Made by a program: the position numbers and the translations under genes | Notes under the pieces: model-generated | What the model was told of the DNA's origin: nothing | The model's input: only the letters and a program-made list of their open reading frames with translations | Database searches by the model: none | In this document: in pieces, positions 50,292-63,770 of the stretch | Position numbering within the stretch: position 1 is the stretch's first letter | How the letters are laid out: each line of letters starts with the position of its first letter | Source of the DNA: Hemiscyllium ocellatum | Lineage: Eukaryota | Length of the DNA stretch: 64,000 nucleotides | Direction: 5' to 3' | Assembly (NCBI RefSeq): GCF_020745735.1 | Contig: NC_083435.1 | Coordinates: 33,541,231 to 33,605,230 of the forward strand

Positions 50292-50439
50292 AACCTGAAG
50301 TACCCGAGGAACAGTCTGGTCCTTGGACAGTGATCTGTATTCTGGGAATCATCCTGGGAATTATCAGTGCTGTTGTAGGGGTCACCTTACTGATTAAAGA
50401 GAGACAACGACTGCAATCTCAGCAACACAGCATCTAGGG
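50292..50439 (+). CDS. MHC class II alpha chain, exon 4 (connecting peptide, TM, cytoplasmic tail; stop 50435-50437)
   Basis: cgtag|AA...TAG GG|gtaagt. EPEVPEEQSGPWTVICILGIILGIISAVVGVTLLIKERQRLQSQQHSI*. Class II alpha TM pattern C-xx-G-xxx-G-xx-S-xxx-G; tail resembles recalled nurse shark KERQRLQAQQHGI. Confidence 0.95.
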
Positions 50440-51494
50440 GTAAGTACAGAGTGCAATGTCTGTGTTTATAACACATATTCAGGAATGTTAAGGATACACA
50501 AGGTCACTAGTCCTTATTCCTGTAAATATGTACACACACATGGGCAGCACTGAGCTAGTCTGCTATACTCCTTGCTGACATTCACATGAACAATCAGTCC
50601 TTGGGTGCGATGGAGATGGGATCCATTCAGAGCTGTCATCATTGGACATTATTTTTCATTTAGACAATAACGCTGCAATAATCCACCCATCCATTTCAGG
50701 GCTTTCTGATGAGCACATTCATCCCATTGGCACTGCTTCCATTAACCTGCAGATGTACAGTGGCACTTACTAAATTTTAAAGCATTCTGAGAATAAGGAG
50801 TATGTGAATGTATACTATAAACCACTAAATAATAGGAAGTACAGAGAGGAATAAATTCGGGGGTGCATTACAGGGGAAGATGCAAAATCTACACAAAGTG
50901 AATAGGTAACATTGAATACTTCACTCCAGTCTGCATGGGACAGCACTCGACCATTTGGTCCCTCCAACGTCCAGTGAGATCATGGATAATCTGCAACTTT
51001 ATTGCAATAACCCATCTTTAACCCACTTCCCTTCATATTTTTGAATAACAAAATATCTGCTAATCTCTAATTTAAAGCTTACAATTGATCAGACTTGCCA
51101 TTTGTGAAAGTGAGTTTTAAACTTCTACCATCCTTTGTGTGTGGAAATGTTTTCTAATTTTTCTCTGACCAGGTCCAGCTCTAGTTTTTACATTATGTTG
51201 CCTAGTTGTAGACTCAACAAACCAGTGAAATAGCTTACATCTGCTTAAGTTGATGGCTCCCAGTAATTACCTTGAAATTTTGATCACCACTAAACTTTAA
51301 CCTTTTTAATTCCAGGGAATATAAGCCTAGATTGTTTAATCCCTCTTTATAATGTAACCCTAGCATTCCGGGATCATTCTGGTAAATGTACACTGCACCC
51401 CCCCCCCCCCCCCCCCCCCACCCAAGGTTAATACCTCCTGCCTGTGGTGAGGTTCTCAGGACTGTCCCAGTATTCCAGGCATAATCAAACCAGG

Positions 51495-52160
51495 GGAAAG
51501 TGAGCACTGCAGATGCTGGAGTACCAGAGTTGAAAAATGTGGTGCTGGAAAAACACAGCAGACCAGGCAGCATCCGAGGAGCAGGAGAATCGACACTTCG
51601 GGCACAAACCTTTCTTCAGGAATGAGGCTGGTTTGCCAAGCGGGCTGAGATAAAAGGTGGGGGGGAGGGAATTTAGGGGAGGGGCACTTAGAATATGATA
51701 GGTGGAAGGAGGTGAGGGTGAGGGTGATAGGCTGGAGAGGGGGTGGGAGCGGAGAGGTCGGGAAGAAGATTGCAGGTCAAGAGGGTGGTGCTGAAGCCAA
51801 GGGTTGGGACTGAGATAAGGTGGGGGGAGGGGAAATGAGGAAGCTGGAGAAATCAACTTTCATCCCTTGTGGTTCAAGGGTTATTGCCAGACCCTGGCCA
51901 CACGACGCCCAGCGGAAGAGTGCCTCATCTTCTGCCTAGGAACCCTCCAACCACACGGGATGAATGTAGATTTCTCCAACTTCCACCTATCGTATTCCCA
52001 GCGCCCCTCCCCCAAATTCCCTCCTCCTTACCTTTTATCTCAGCCTACTTGGCACACCAGCCTCATTCCTGAAGAAGGGCTTGTGCCCAAAACATCGATT
52101 TTCCTGCTCCTCGGAGGCTGCCTGGCCTGTTGTGTTTTTCCAGCATCACATTTTTCAAAA
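51495..52160. mobile_element. Penelope-derived element with inverted termini and 3' ORF remnant
   Basis: gaaagtgagcactgcagatgctgg terminus; internal gaagagtgcctcatcttctgcctaggaaccctccaaccacacgggatgaatgtagatttctcc. Both hammerhead cores are mutated (GAAG on minus, AAAA on plus). Confidence 0.8.
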
Positions 52161-52967
52161 CATAATCAAATCAGGGCTTTGAATCACTAAAATATGACAT
52201 GCACCCCCTTGTGTTCTTTTCCTTGAGATATAAAGACCAGCATTGCATTAGCATGTTTTGTTATTTTTCTTTGCTGTTCATGACATTTTCATTATCTGGA
52301 CCTTCACTGTTTCTATTTCTCACCATTTGTCAATGTGGATGCTCCCATGTTTCCTACATTTAGTTCCAATTGCCGCAGATTTGCCCTTCAATTAACCTTT
52401 TAAGATCTTTGTGATTTTACGCTGCTATCTACACTGTTTACAATGCTATTTTTGTGTCATCAGCAAATTTGGATGTATGTTTTTCCCCATCATCTACATC
52501 TTCCATGAATATAGGGAATAGTTGAGACTACAAAATAGATTTTGTGTGTCTCTACTATCCACATTCCGCCAGTTTGAGAACGTTACCATTATCCCTGCTG
52601 TGTCTCCTACCACTCAGCACCTTCTCATCACATCAATAATTTACCTTCAGTTCAACTTTACCTAACAGCCTCCAATGAGGAGCTGTACCTGCACCACTCC
52701 AGTTGACTTGTGCTATGTGGGTTACACGACACACAGTAAGTGTCGCATATGCTGCTGCAGTTAGGCCTGCCTTTGGTGGTGCTACGCAAATGAACTTTGT
52801 GCCCTATATTTTCTAACTGCTGTAGTATTGATCTATCTGTCATTGCTAATCTTAGTCAATCTCTGACTATCAAAATTCTACTTCAGGAACAACACAATTA
52901 GATAAGACAACAAATATCTGACACTGAGTCTGATTTACACACAAAGACTGTAACAGTTCATGCATAG

Positions 52968-53320
52968 TTAAAAATCACACAACACCAGGTTATAGCCCAA
53001 CAGGTTTAATTGGAAGCACACTAGCTTTCGGAGCGACACTCCTTCATCAGGTGATTGTGGAGGGCTCAATCGCAACACCGAATTTATAGCAAAAATTTGC
53101 AGTGTGATGTAACTGAAATTATACATTGAAAAATTGATTGTCTGTTAAGCCTTTCATCTGTTAGAATACAGTGTTACGATCAAGCCCTCCACAATCACCT
53201 GATGAAGGAGCATCGCTCCAAAAGTTAGTGTGCTTCCAATTAAACCTGTTGGACTATAACCTGGTGTTGTGTGATTTTTAAATTTGTCCACCCCAGTCCA
53301 ACACCGGCATCTCCAAATCA
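52968..53320. mobile_element. Inverted-repeat Penelope-derived element
   Basis: Long near-perfect arms taaaaatcacacaacaccaggttatagcccaacaggtttaattggaagcacactagc... and ...gtgtgcttccaattaaacctgttggactataacctggtgttgtgtgattttta. Confidence 0.88.
53019..53053 (-). ncRNA. Minimal type I hammerhead ribozyme motif
   Basis: Minus: cac CUGAUGA a ggagu-guc-gcucc GAAA G CUA gug. One U-G wobble in stem II, core intact. Confidence 0.72.
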
Positions 53321-54606
53321 GTTCACACATATGCAGCCACTGAATTTGTGTGCAATAATTTTCAGTTCTTCAAGACAGTTTATTTCTGATCTGTCCACAC
53401 AACTCCAACAAATAGGTACTTCCTTATTCCACAGATTGTTTCAAACTCAATTCTTTATTGTTACTCTTAACCTTTTCAACTATAACTGCATTGAAAATAA
53501 TATCATTTTTGCCGTAAAACACAAGCTTTTTTCCAAGATTTAAAACTGGTCCCAAGTGAAACTGTTATCTCAATAATCACTTGATCAACCTTAGCTTCCA
53601 ATCTTTGCTACATTCTTAAGAGTAATGCAGCTTTTATTTGTCATTTCTACCATGTAGAACTGATAAAGGAAAGAAATGAGGCAGCGTTCCGCCAGGACCA
53701 AGGTGCTACAGGGACAGCACAAACTACACAATTGAACACGGCTTGAAGTGCAAAACACACAAGTTGCAGTGCAAAAGAAGAATGGTGAATAACAGACATT
53801 ATTCTAGTAGCAATACAAAAGAATTTCAGATGAGAAAGAGTGTAATTATACTCTGTTTAGGAGCCTGATTGCCTGTGGGGAGAAACTGTTGCACAGTCTG
53901 ACTGTGAGAGACCACATGCTCCAGTATCTTCTTCCAGATGGCAGGAAGGAGAAGAGTTTCAATGAGGTGTGTATGGGTTTTTCCAAATGCTCTTAGTCTT
54001 TTGGATGCAGCGTGTGGTGTAAATTTCAGTAATGGAAGGAAACGAGATCCCAGTGATCTTCTCAGCTTGACATATAAAATGCTATTTAAATACAAGTTCT
54101 TTCTTGCAGTCCCATTCTCATGTTTTAATTTCCACACGTGTCATCAGTGTATTAATTTAGTTTTGTTTTATCTTGTCTAAATGCTCCATTGCATTGGTTC
54201 TATCTGCATTGTTATCATTGGCTCTTCATAGTTATATTTTAATATTCAAACTCAAGATAGGGGAAAGTCTTTTACGTGACAGGAGCACACATTGTGAAAT
54301 TGTGAATCTTCTGACCCAGATTTTCTATCTGCAACATCAAATGGATTTTGGATGTTTGTGCCATTTCTTGATAGGCACACCCAGAAGGGCTGAAGCAGAG
54401 CCACTTATAGTTTGCAGGAATCTGTTTATTGATGGAGTCACTGTATTCAAGCTGGACACCTTTCTCCTACTTTGGATACCACAGTCTAGTTTGTCAGTGT
54501 TAGCTATCCATTGCATCTTATAACAGTTGATGGTTTTGCTCACTGCATGTGCTGTTATTCCACAGACTTTCTTATTGTGATTAATTTACTTTCATATTCT
54601 ACACAG

Positions 54607-54985
54607 ATGTTAGAACATACCCAAGGTACTGATGGAAGGATTATGCAAAAAACCAGATAGGAAATTAATATATTCAGCTTCTCAAGTATATTTGATGGCT
54701 TTCTTTTCAGTTTAGGTGGGAGACAGAAAATGCTTCACCAAGCCATGAATTCATCATCTTCAGATTGTATCCTCCCATTGCAGCGATAAGGATCATTGTT
54801 CAGCTTCCCTGACCCATAGTTCTGTACCCTCTTACACTTTGTGTGAAGCAGGAACAATTTGAAAGTAATTTCTGCAGCTAAACAGGTTTTATACAATTTT
54901 ATCCTCTGAATTCATGATGATTCTTTAAATAATTTTTCTAGATAGACTAATTTGTTTGAAATAAAACCTCCTTTTCTTGTACCAC
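54607..54985 (+). other. Candidate non-coding exon 5 (3' UTR) of the MHC class II alpha gene
   Basis: Exon 4 has a donor 2 nt after the stop, so a UTR exon is required. Good acceptor ttaatttactttcatattctacacag| at 54606, apparently unique sequence, AATAAA at 54960-54965. Not confirmed by transcript data. Confidence 0.35.
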
Positions 54986-55496
54986 ATGAATGATTTCAGT
55001 TCATTGAGACGTTTACAGTGTCTCAGATTTCAGTAAAACCTGTGTAAATCCAGAATGCTGTTTTTGTCATTGTAGTTGCACTTTTACCATCTTGTCCCGA
55101 CACTCTGTCCTCTATACAGTGCTGTTTGATGACCACAGCAGAATTCAGTGCTCTCGTGGATAGTAATGGAATTCTTTATCTCTTGGTCACCAGGGTTAAC
55201 TCTGTCTAGAAGGGGAGGCAAGAGAGAGGGGGAGTGGCAATTTTTATTTGGGAAAACATCACATAAGTATTTATAGAAGATATTTCTATTGGGATCATCC
55301 AGTTAAGCTGTTTGGGTGGAACTGAGAAATAAGAAGGGGGTGATCACTTTGATGGGATTGTCCAAAAGGTTCCCCAATAGGTCAGTAGAAAATTGAGGGG
55401 CAAATATGTCGGGAAATCACAGATATCTATAAGAATAATAGGGTTGTAATAAGTAGAGGATTTTAACTATTTCTATTACTTGTTAAATATTCATAG

Positions 55497-55710
55497 TCAG
55501 AAGTCATACAAAACCAGGTGACAGTGCAACAGGTTTATTTGAAATCACAAACTTTCAGAGCACTGCCCCTTTGTCAGGGACCTGACCGACCTGACAAAGC
55601 AGCAGCACTTCGAAAGCTTGTGATTTCAAATAAACCTGTTGGACTAAAGCCTGGTGTCATGTGACTTTTTCTGACTTTATCCACCCCAGTCCAACACCAG
55701 TACCTCCACA
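55497..55710. mobile_element. Diverged inverted-repeat Penelope-derived element
   Basis: agtcagaagtcatacaaaaccaggtgacagtgcaacaggtttatttgaaatcac / gtgatttcaaataaacctgttggactaaagcctggtgtcatgtgact. Confidence 0.75.
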
Positions 55711-55719
55711 TAGTAAATT

Positions 55720-57260
55720 GTCGTGGAAGTGAATAGGCCTGGTCAACAAATTAAAGTTCTAAATTGGGGCAAGTCAGGAATTTTAAGATGTTGATTGCAG
55801 GTAAAGGGACGTCTGATAATTGGGAAGCTTTCAAAAGTGAGATAATGGAAACTCAGGGACAGCATGTTCCTGTTGGTTTGTTGGACAAGGCTGGCAGGAG
55901 TAGGAAACATTGAATGATCACAAACATTGAGGCTCTGGTCAAGAAAAAGATGAAGGAAGCATGTTCAGGTTTAGACAGCTAGGATGAAGTGAATCTCTCA
56001 AGGGGGTACTGGGAGTGTAGGAGTATTCCTAAGAGAGAACTCAAAAAGGAAAGAAGGAGGGTATGTGGTAACATTGGCAGATAAGTTGAAGGAAAATCCA
56101 AAGAGACTCTAAGTATATTAAGAGCAAGACAGGAACTAGGGAGAGAATAGGACTCCTTATAGATCAACAAGGCCATCTATGTGTGGAACCACAGGAAATG
56201 GGTGAGATCCTAAACCAATATTTCCCTTCAATATTAACTGTAAAGAAAGACAAGGAAGCTAGGGAATCAGGGCAATAAATGCTGATGTCGTGAAAAGATT
56301 ACACATCACAGAAAAGGAGGTGCTGGAAGTCTAAAACACACAAAGATAGATAAGTTGGCGATGACAATTATAGCAGTGATATAGTGGATAATGAAGAAAG
56401 TTATCTAAGAGTACAATAGGATCTTGATCAACTGGGCCAGTGGGCCAAGGAATGGCCTATGGCGTTTAATTTAGATAAATGTGAGGTAAGATACATTTTG
56501 GTAAGACAAACCAGGGCAGGACTTATACAGTTAATGGTAGGGTCCTGGGGAATGTTGTTGAACAGAGAGATGTATGGGTTCAGGTATGTAGTTCCTTGAA
56601 AGTGGCGTAACAGGTAGACAGAGTGGTGAAGTAGGTATCTGGCACACTTGCCTTCATCAGTCAGAGCATTGAGTACAGGAGCTGGGTTATCAGGTTATGG
56701 CTGTAAAGACATTGGTAAGGCCACTTTTGGAGAACTGTGTACAATTCTGGTCACCCTGCTTTAGGAAAGATGTTATTAAACTGGAAAGGGTGCAAAAAGA
56801 TTTACAAAGATATAACTGAGACTAGAGGGCTGGAGTTATGAGAGTCTGGATAGGCTGGGACATTTTTTCTGAAATGTAGGAGGCTGACAGATGACCTTAT
56901 TGAGAGGTTTATAAAATGTCAAGGGGCATGTATAGGGTGAGGTCAGGGTCTTTTCTGTGGGGTGGGGGAATCCAGAACTAGAGGGCATAGGTTTGGGATG
57001 CGAGGAGAAAAATTTAAAAGGGACATGAGGGGCAACTTGTTCACACAGAGGGTGGAATGAGCTCCCAGAGGAAGTGACAGAGGTGGGTGCAATTAAAACA
57101 TTTAAAAGGCATTTGAACAGGTACATGGATAGGAAATGTTTAGAAGAATATGGGTCAAATGCTGGCAAATGGGACAAGTTCAGTTTAGGAAATCTGGTCG
57201 GTATGGACAAGTTGGACTGAAGGATCTATGAATCTATGCTGTGTGCCTCTCAGAATCTAT
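55720..57260 (+). mobile_element. CR1 LINE fragment with internal deletions
   Basis: Matches the 40735-43000 element in the opposite orientation; ends aaatgggacaagttcagtttaggaaatctggtcggtatggacaagttggac. Confidence 0.88.
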
Positions 57261-58744
57261 GACTAGGAAGGCTGGTGAGAATGAGGTGAGCACCAAACCT
57301 ATCTGCCCATCCTCACCCTCAAATCTCAATAACATGAATCCTGGGAGCTTTTAAAAAAACCCAAACTGTGTGAGAATATCTCACAAAACCAATGTGAAAT
57401 AGAAAAAAAAATGATGAGATCATTGTCCCAGACTACAGCTCTTCAACACTCCAATAGGTCATAGGGAAGAGGTTTTCAGATGAGGTTTATTATCCAAAAG
57501 GGGTGATACTCTTGACAAGGGAGGCTAAGTTTCCTATGTGGAGTCAGGTGAGAGAGAATAGCGGTTTATGTGGAAAGTTACAACTGGGGATAGAGTGCAT
57601 GGAGACTCGATGTTCAGTGAAAAAACAGAGACACAGCTACATTAGGGCCCTGAGTCATTGGAGTTGGGGACGTAACAAAAGATTATAAACAAAAACATGC
57701 AGATAAATTGAAATGGCACTATGGACTGAATGAAAATAAAGAACAGAGAATATTGAAGTTAATGGACTGAAAAAGACTAAGGTCTGTTTAGGATTGCATC
57801 ATGATTTAGGGAACGACAATGATCTTACAATACATTCCAGCTTGCGGCTGACCCACCATTGAGTGTTACGACACGGGGTAAACCCTTGTGCTAATTAAAC
57901 CAAACATACAGAAAAGCTCATCTCTTCTCATAATCTGTTAAAGTATGAGTCACATACAGGCCAGACCAGGTTAGGTTGGCAGATTTCCTTCCCTGAAGGA
58001 CATTAATGAACCAGATAGGTTTTTCCAACAATTGACAATGATTTTATGGTCCACATTAGATACTTAATTCCAGATTTCTTTTTAAAATGAATTTGAATTT
58101 CACCACCTGCCGTGGTGGAATTCAAATCCGGGTTCGCAGAACGTTGGCTGGAACAATAATACGGTACACAATCCTTTATCCGAAACCCTTGGAATAAATG
58201 ACACTATCACAGCAAAATATATTTTAAAAAATTACCGAACAGCTGACGCAGTTGTGACTACTTCAAGCACTGAGACACAACTCTTGTCAGTGCTGGGCCA
58301 TGATGCTATGTTACATCTGAGTGATGTGGGGCCACTGGGTGTGGAGTTGGGTTAACTGTTCACACACCAAACAACCTTGTTATGAAGAAAAAAACTTCAA
58401 GACAAAATCTTTGGATTTCAGAGCTTTTCAGATTTTGGAATTTCAGATAAAAGATTATGTATCTGTAACACTAGTACTACTAATCGAGCTAGTCAGGTCC
58501 TAACGGACATAGCTGGTACACTGGATCTGTGGCAGGTGGTGAGGGAACTAACAAGAGAGAAAAACACACTTAACGTCATCCTTCCCAATCTCCATTTTCA
58601 GGTACATCTGTCCATGACAGTATCTTTAAACGTGACCATTGCACAGCCCTTGTGAAGACAAAGGTCTGTCTTCACGTTGAGAATAATCTTCATTGTATTG
58701 TGCTGCATTATCACTGTGCTAAATAGGACAGACTTTGAACAGAT

Positions 58745-59960
58745 CTAGCAACTCAAAACTCATGAAGTGCTGTGTTGCATCATCGGAGCAGAATTCAGTC
58801 CAACACAATCTGTAACCTCATGGCCCAGCATATCCCCCAGTCAATCATTACCATCAAACAAGGGGATCAACCCTCATTCAACGGAGAGTGCAGGAGGGCA
58901 TGCCAGGAACAGCATTACGCATTGCTGAAGGTGAGGTGTCAACCTGGTGAAGCTACCAAACAGGATTACTTGCGTGCCAAACAGAATTAGCAGAAAGTGG
59001 AAGGCACCTATGTCAGCTCCAGAACATCTCTGCAGGAGTTCCTTGGGAGTTCCTCCTAGGCCCGACCATCTTCACCTGCTTCATCAATGACTTTCCATCT
59101 TATGGTCAGAAGTGGGGATGTTCACTGATGATTATTAAATGTTCAGCACCATTCGCAACTCCTCAGACACTAAAGCAGTCTGTGTCCAAATGCAACAAGA
59201 TCTGACTAACTTGGGATGACATGTAGCAAGAAACATTCAAGCCGCCCAAATGCCAGGCTATGACCATCACTAACAACAGACAATCTAATCACTGACCCTT
59301 AACGGTGTCACTATCACTGAATTCCCCACTGTCAATATCCTGGGAGTTATCATTGATGAGAAACTCAACTGAACTCACGATGTAAACACAATGACTACAG
59401 ATGCTAGGAATGCTGCAGTGAGTAACCCACAATCTGAAACCCCCAACACCCATCCACCACCGAAAAGGCACAAGTCAGGAGTGTAATGGAATACTCCCCA
59501 CTTGCCTGGATAAGTGCAGCTCCAACAACACTCAAGAAACTTGACACATTCAGGAAAAAGCAGCCTGCTTCATTGGCACTTCATCCACATACATCCACTC
59601 CCTTCACCACTGTTGCTCAGTAGCAAAAGTGCGTACCATTTACAAGATGCACTGCAGAAATTCACTAAAATATCCTCAGACAGCACCTTCCAAACACACA
59701 GTCACTTTCATCTAGAAGGACAAGGGCAGCAGGTATTTGGGAACACCACCACCTGCAAGTTCCCTTCTAAACCACCTGCCAACCTAACTTAAAAATATAT
59801 ATCGCTGTTCCTTTAGTGTCACTGGGACAAAATCTTGGAGTTCTCTCACTAAGGACAGTGCGAGTCAACCAACTGCACATGGACTGCAGCAGTTCAAGAA
59901 GGCAGTGCTCCGTAACCTTCTCAAGGACACTAGAGAGGGGCAATAAATGTTGGCCAGGCA
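58745..59960 (+). mobile_element. L2/CR1-clade LINE fragment
   Basis: HIPQSIITIKQGDQPSFNGECRRACQEQH; RT remnant LGPTIFTCFIND; tail shared with 15030-15400. Confidence 0.7.
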
Positions 59961-60399
59961 TTGAATAAATAAAACAAAAAAAATCATAATGTTCTCTTCT
60001 CAACTGGAACAGGCAAAGAGGGCATGTGATGGACATTGAAGAGTTGGAGAGCAGTAGCAATCTTCACAGAAGGAAGATGAAGGTGTTGAGCAGGAGGAAC
60101 ATCGTATTCAGTATGACAGAGCACAATAGTGTCAGATATAACAATGCAAACATGACATGAATGATACTCAAATCCAGTAGATAAGAGCCGCACTGTTCAT
60201 TTACTGACTGTATATTTGATGGAAAAGTAAATGTTTTCTATCTCCATCTCTGAAGCAAATGCAGCTTTTCTTTTTTTTTTACTTTAGCTGTTGCTGAATT
60301 AAAATGAAGGTTTTCAACTGAGTGGAGGTTTTTCTTCAGTATATGATCGTCCCCCAGTGAAGCTTGAGAAGATGTTGAGATAGTCTAGATGTGACTAAA

Positions 60400-63300
60400 C
60401 ATGAAATACTCCCTCTGGTAGAATTCTAAGATGATTGGCAATCCAGCTGAGTGAGGGATCTTCGGGAAAGTGACCTTAATATGATCAAACTTTTTATCAA
60501 GGTGGAGAGTGATATAGTTAATTCTGAGATGAGGTTCCTGCATCTAAACTAAGGAAACTATCATGCTATGAGGAGCAAGCTGGCTATGATAAATTAGGGA
60601 ACACCACTGTAAGGGATGAGAGTGATAGACAATAGCAAACATTTCAAAAGGGCACGGAGGACTTCAAAAATTTTTCATTGTTGCCTGGCACAAAAAGAAA
60701 ACTGAATAGGTTACCTGGCCATGGTTAACTAATGAAGTAAATAATTAGATCAAATTGAAGGAAGGTGCACACAAAATGGCCAAATGAAGCAGCAGACCTG
60801 AGGATTGGACCCATGTTAAAAGTTCAGCAAAGAGGACCAAGGGATTAATTACGAGGGGGAGAAACAGTACCCGGGTAAGCCTGCAGAGAGCATTCCAACA
60901 GATTGTAAAAGTTTCTAAAGATGTATTGACATGGACCAGACCAGACACCCTTAAAATATTTTAAGAATGTAGATTTGACCCTTTTTTTTTCTTATTTTAA
61001 AGGCAAATGTAACATGCTAATTCAATTCGTCAAATTACTCAACATTATGTAAAACACAACTTATTCAAACCACAAAATACAACAAAAGAAATAAAGGCTT
61101 AGAGTAACTTAACTCTATTGGAAAACTTAATAAAATAATAGATAGTGTAACTATTGCTAATGTACAGTTCCTGTATAGTAACATCCCATAAACATACCTC
61201 TTGGCAAAATGGCAAATTCAGAAAAAGATTTGTCTCACACATATCTCAGCAACAGAGAGAAACCCCAGCCTCTAGCTATAACTAAGAGAGAGAAAAAGAG
61301 AAACAGAGAGAAAACCAGTTCTGAAAGGGCAGTTATGTTTGACAAATCTCCTGGAATTTTTAAAGGATGTAGCTAGTGAAATTATTTGGAGGAGTCAGGA
61401 GATGTGGTTTACCTGAACTATGAGAAGGCTTTCAATAATGTTCCATACGAGAGATTAGCATGTAAAATTAAAAATATATGAGATTGGGGGTAGTGAATTG
61501 AAATGGATAGAGAACTGGCTATCGTCATGAAACAAGAGTAGGAATAAATGGAACATTTTCCGAGTGACAGTTAGTGACTAATGGGGTATGGCAGGGATCG
61601 GTGCTTGGACCCCAGTGAGCATGTGCAAGCTTGAAAGTGAAAACCGTAAACCAGAGTTTTAGATTTGGGTACAGCCAACTTTAACAAAATCAAACAGAGA
61701 CTATCCATAGTAAATTGAGGAAATCTGCTAATTGGTCAAACAACTGGAACGCAGTGGAGAATGTTTTTTGAAAAAACATTCAAAATAATACAAAATCAGT
61801 TGATAACTCTGAGGGAAATGCTCCACTTAACAGAGAAAAAAAACATCCAGGACAACTGAAGAGATAACAGTTAAACTAAAATAAACGGCTTACAAAAATG
61901 CAAAATAAAAGCACAAATTCTTCAAGAATTGCAAACATATAAAGACAACTGAAGGGCCACAAAGCAGCTTACAGGAGTTATGGTAAAGGATCATTAAAGG
62001 AAACTTGCCAGCAACATTAAAATCAAGAAGTGTTGCAACTACACAAAGGAAATGGTCAGGAGGAATGTTGGCCTCCGAATGACTGAAAGTGAGGTAATGT
62101 CAATGACTATCAGGAAATAGCAGACATGTTGAATAATTACTTTGTCTCAGTAGAAGATAATAAAACATTTACAGCAGTAAAGAAGAAAAGCTTGTCAGAA
62201 GTCATGAGGAAGTTATTAGACTGAATAAAAATTTACATTATATAAAACAGTTGAAATGAGGAAATTAATGGAATTAAAGAGTAACAAATTGCAGGATCTG
62301 ACGGTTTCCATCCAAGGATGTTAAAGGAAGTAGAGGAGCTTCCAGAGTTTGCTAGACCCATAAGTCAACCCTCTAGATTGAAAAATTGAAAACGTCACTC
62401 CACTTTTTAAGAAGGGAGAAGGAGGAAAGCCAGGAAATTTTATAGCAGTTATCCTACTATCTGTGATGGAGAAATTGTTGGAGTCTGTAATCAAGGATCG
62501 GTTAACTGAACACCTTGAAAATTTTCAGTTAATCAGTAAGTGCCAGTAGAGGTGTAGTGACAGGTAATTCATGCCTGACAAACCTCATTGAATGTTTTGG
62601 AACTGTGACTCATGTCTGTGGATGTTCTTTATATCGACTTTGAGAAGGCATTTGATAAAGTCCCACATAAAAGAGTGTTAACTAAGGTCAAAGCCAATAA
62701 AACTGAGGTCAAACTACGGATAGGGCTGGGAAATTGCTTGAGTGACAGGCAACAAAGTAGAGATAATTGGTAGGTATTCAAATTGGGAGGACGGGACCAG
62801 TTGTCCCACATAGACCTGTGTTGGGTCCTCAGTTATTCACCTTAGTTATTAACTAAATGGATAATGGCATACAAAGTCATATATCCAAATTTGCTGATGA
62901 CACAAAATTAGACGACATTATAAACAGTGTAGATGGTGGCATAAGATTACAATTGATATTGATAGAACAAGGGAATGGGCAAAACTGTGGCAGTTGGAGT
63001 TCAATTTAAGTAAGTGTGACAATATCCGTTTTGAAACAAAAAAGGATAGATCATTTCTTGAAGGCATGAAATTGAATACTGTGGATGTCCACAGATTTGG
63101 GGGTTCAGGTGCATAGATTTTAAAACATCACAAACAGGTGCACTAAATAATCAAAAGAAAGCTAACCTTTATATCTAGAGAATAGAGTACAAGTTGCAGA
63201 AGTTACGGATGCAGAAGTTACGCTGCAGTTTTCCACAGAGGTGTAAACCCATAACTAGAACCCACTTGGAGTATTGTGAGCAGACCACACTTTAGAAATG

Positions 63301-63770
63301 AAGTATTGGTCTTGGATTGAGTATAACACAGGTTTACAAGAATGATACCTGTACTTCAGGAGTTATGAGGTCAGATTGTATAAATTAGGTTTGTTTTCTT
63401 TGTAGAAGTTAAAAGGTTAAGAGATTATTCCATCTAAATCCTCAAGCTATTGACAGGCAAAGACAGGATTGATAAACATAAACTATATCCACAGGTTGGG
63501 GATTCCAGAATTAGGGTTACAGCCTATGAATTCAAGAGGTTTACAAGAGATAATCAGAAGCATTTCTACACTCAATGGTGGTAGATGTTTGGAACTCTCT
63601 CCCACAAACAGCAGTGGGTGCTGGATCAGTTGTTAATTTTAAATCTGACATAAGCAAGTTATTGTTAAACAGAACTGATATGGAATGGGCCAAAGGCAGT
63701 CTATGGAGTTAGGCCGTGGATCAGCCGTGATCTCACTGAATAGTGGAATAGGTTTGAGAGACTCACTCCT
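60400..63770 (+). mobile_element. Old CR1 LINE remnants (endonuclease/RT/3' UTR), several pieces
   Basis: gagaaggctttcaataatgttccatac, tgcctgacaaacctcattgaatg, gactttgagaaggcatttgataaagtcccac (DFEKAFDKVPH), aaatttgctgatgacacaaaa (KFADDTK). Confidence 0.82.

Noticed and set aside
33227-50437. Assignment as W-category or DM alpha, or a specific gene symbol (DAA/DBA)
   Set aside because: Overall sequence follows ordinary shark class II alpha; lineage naming needs a phylogeny that cannot be run here.
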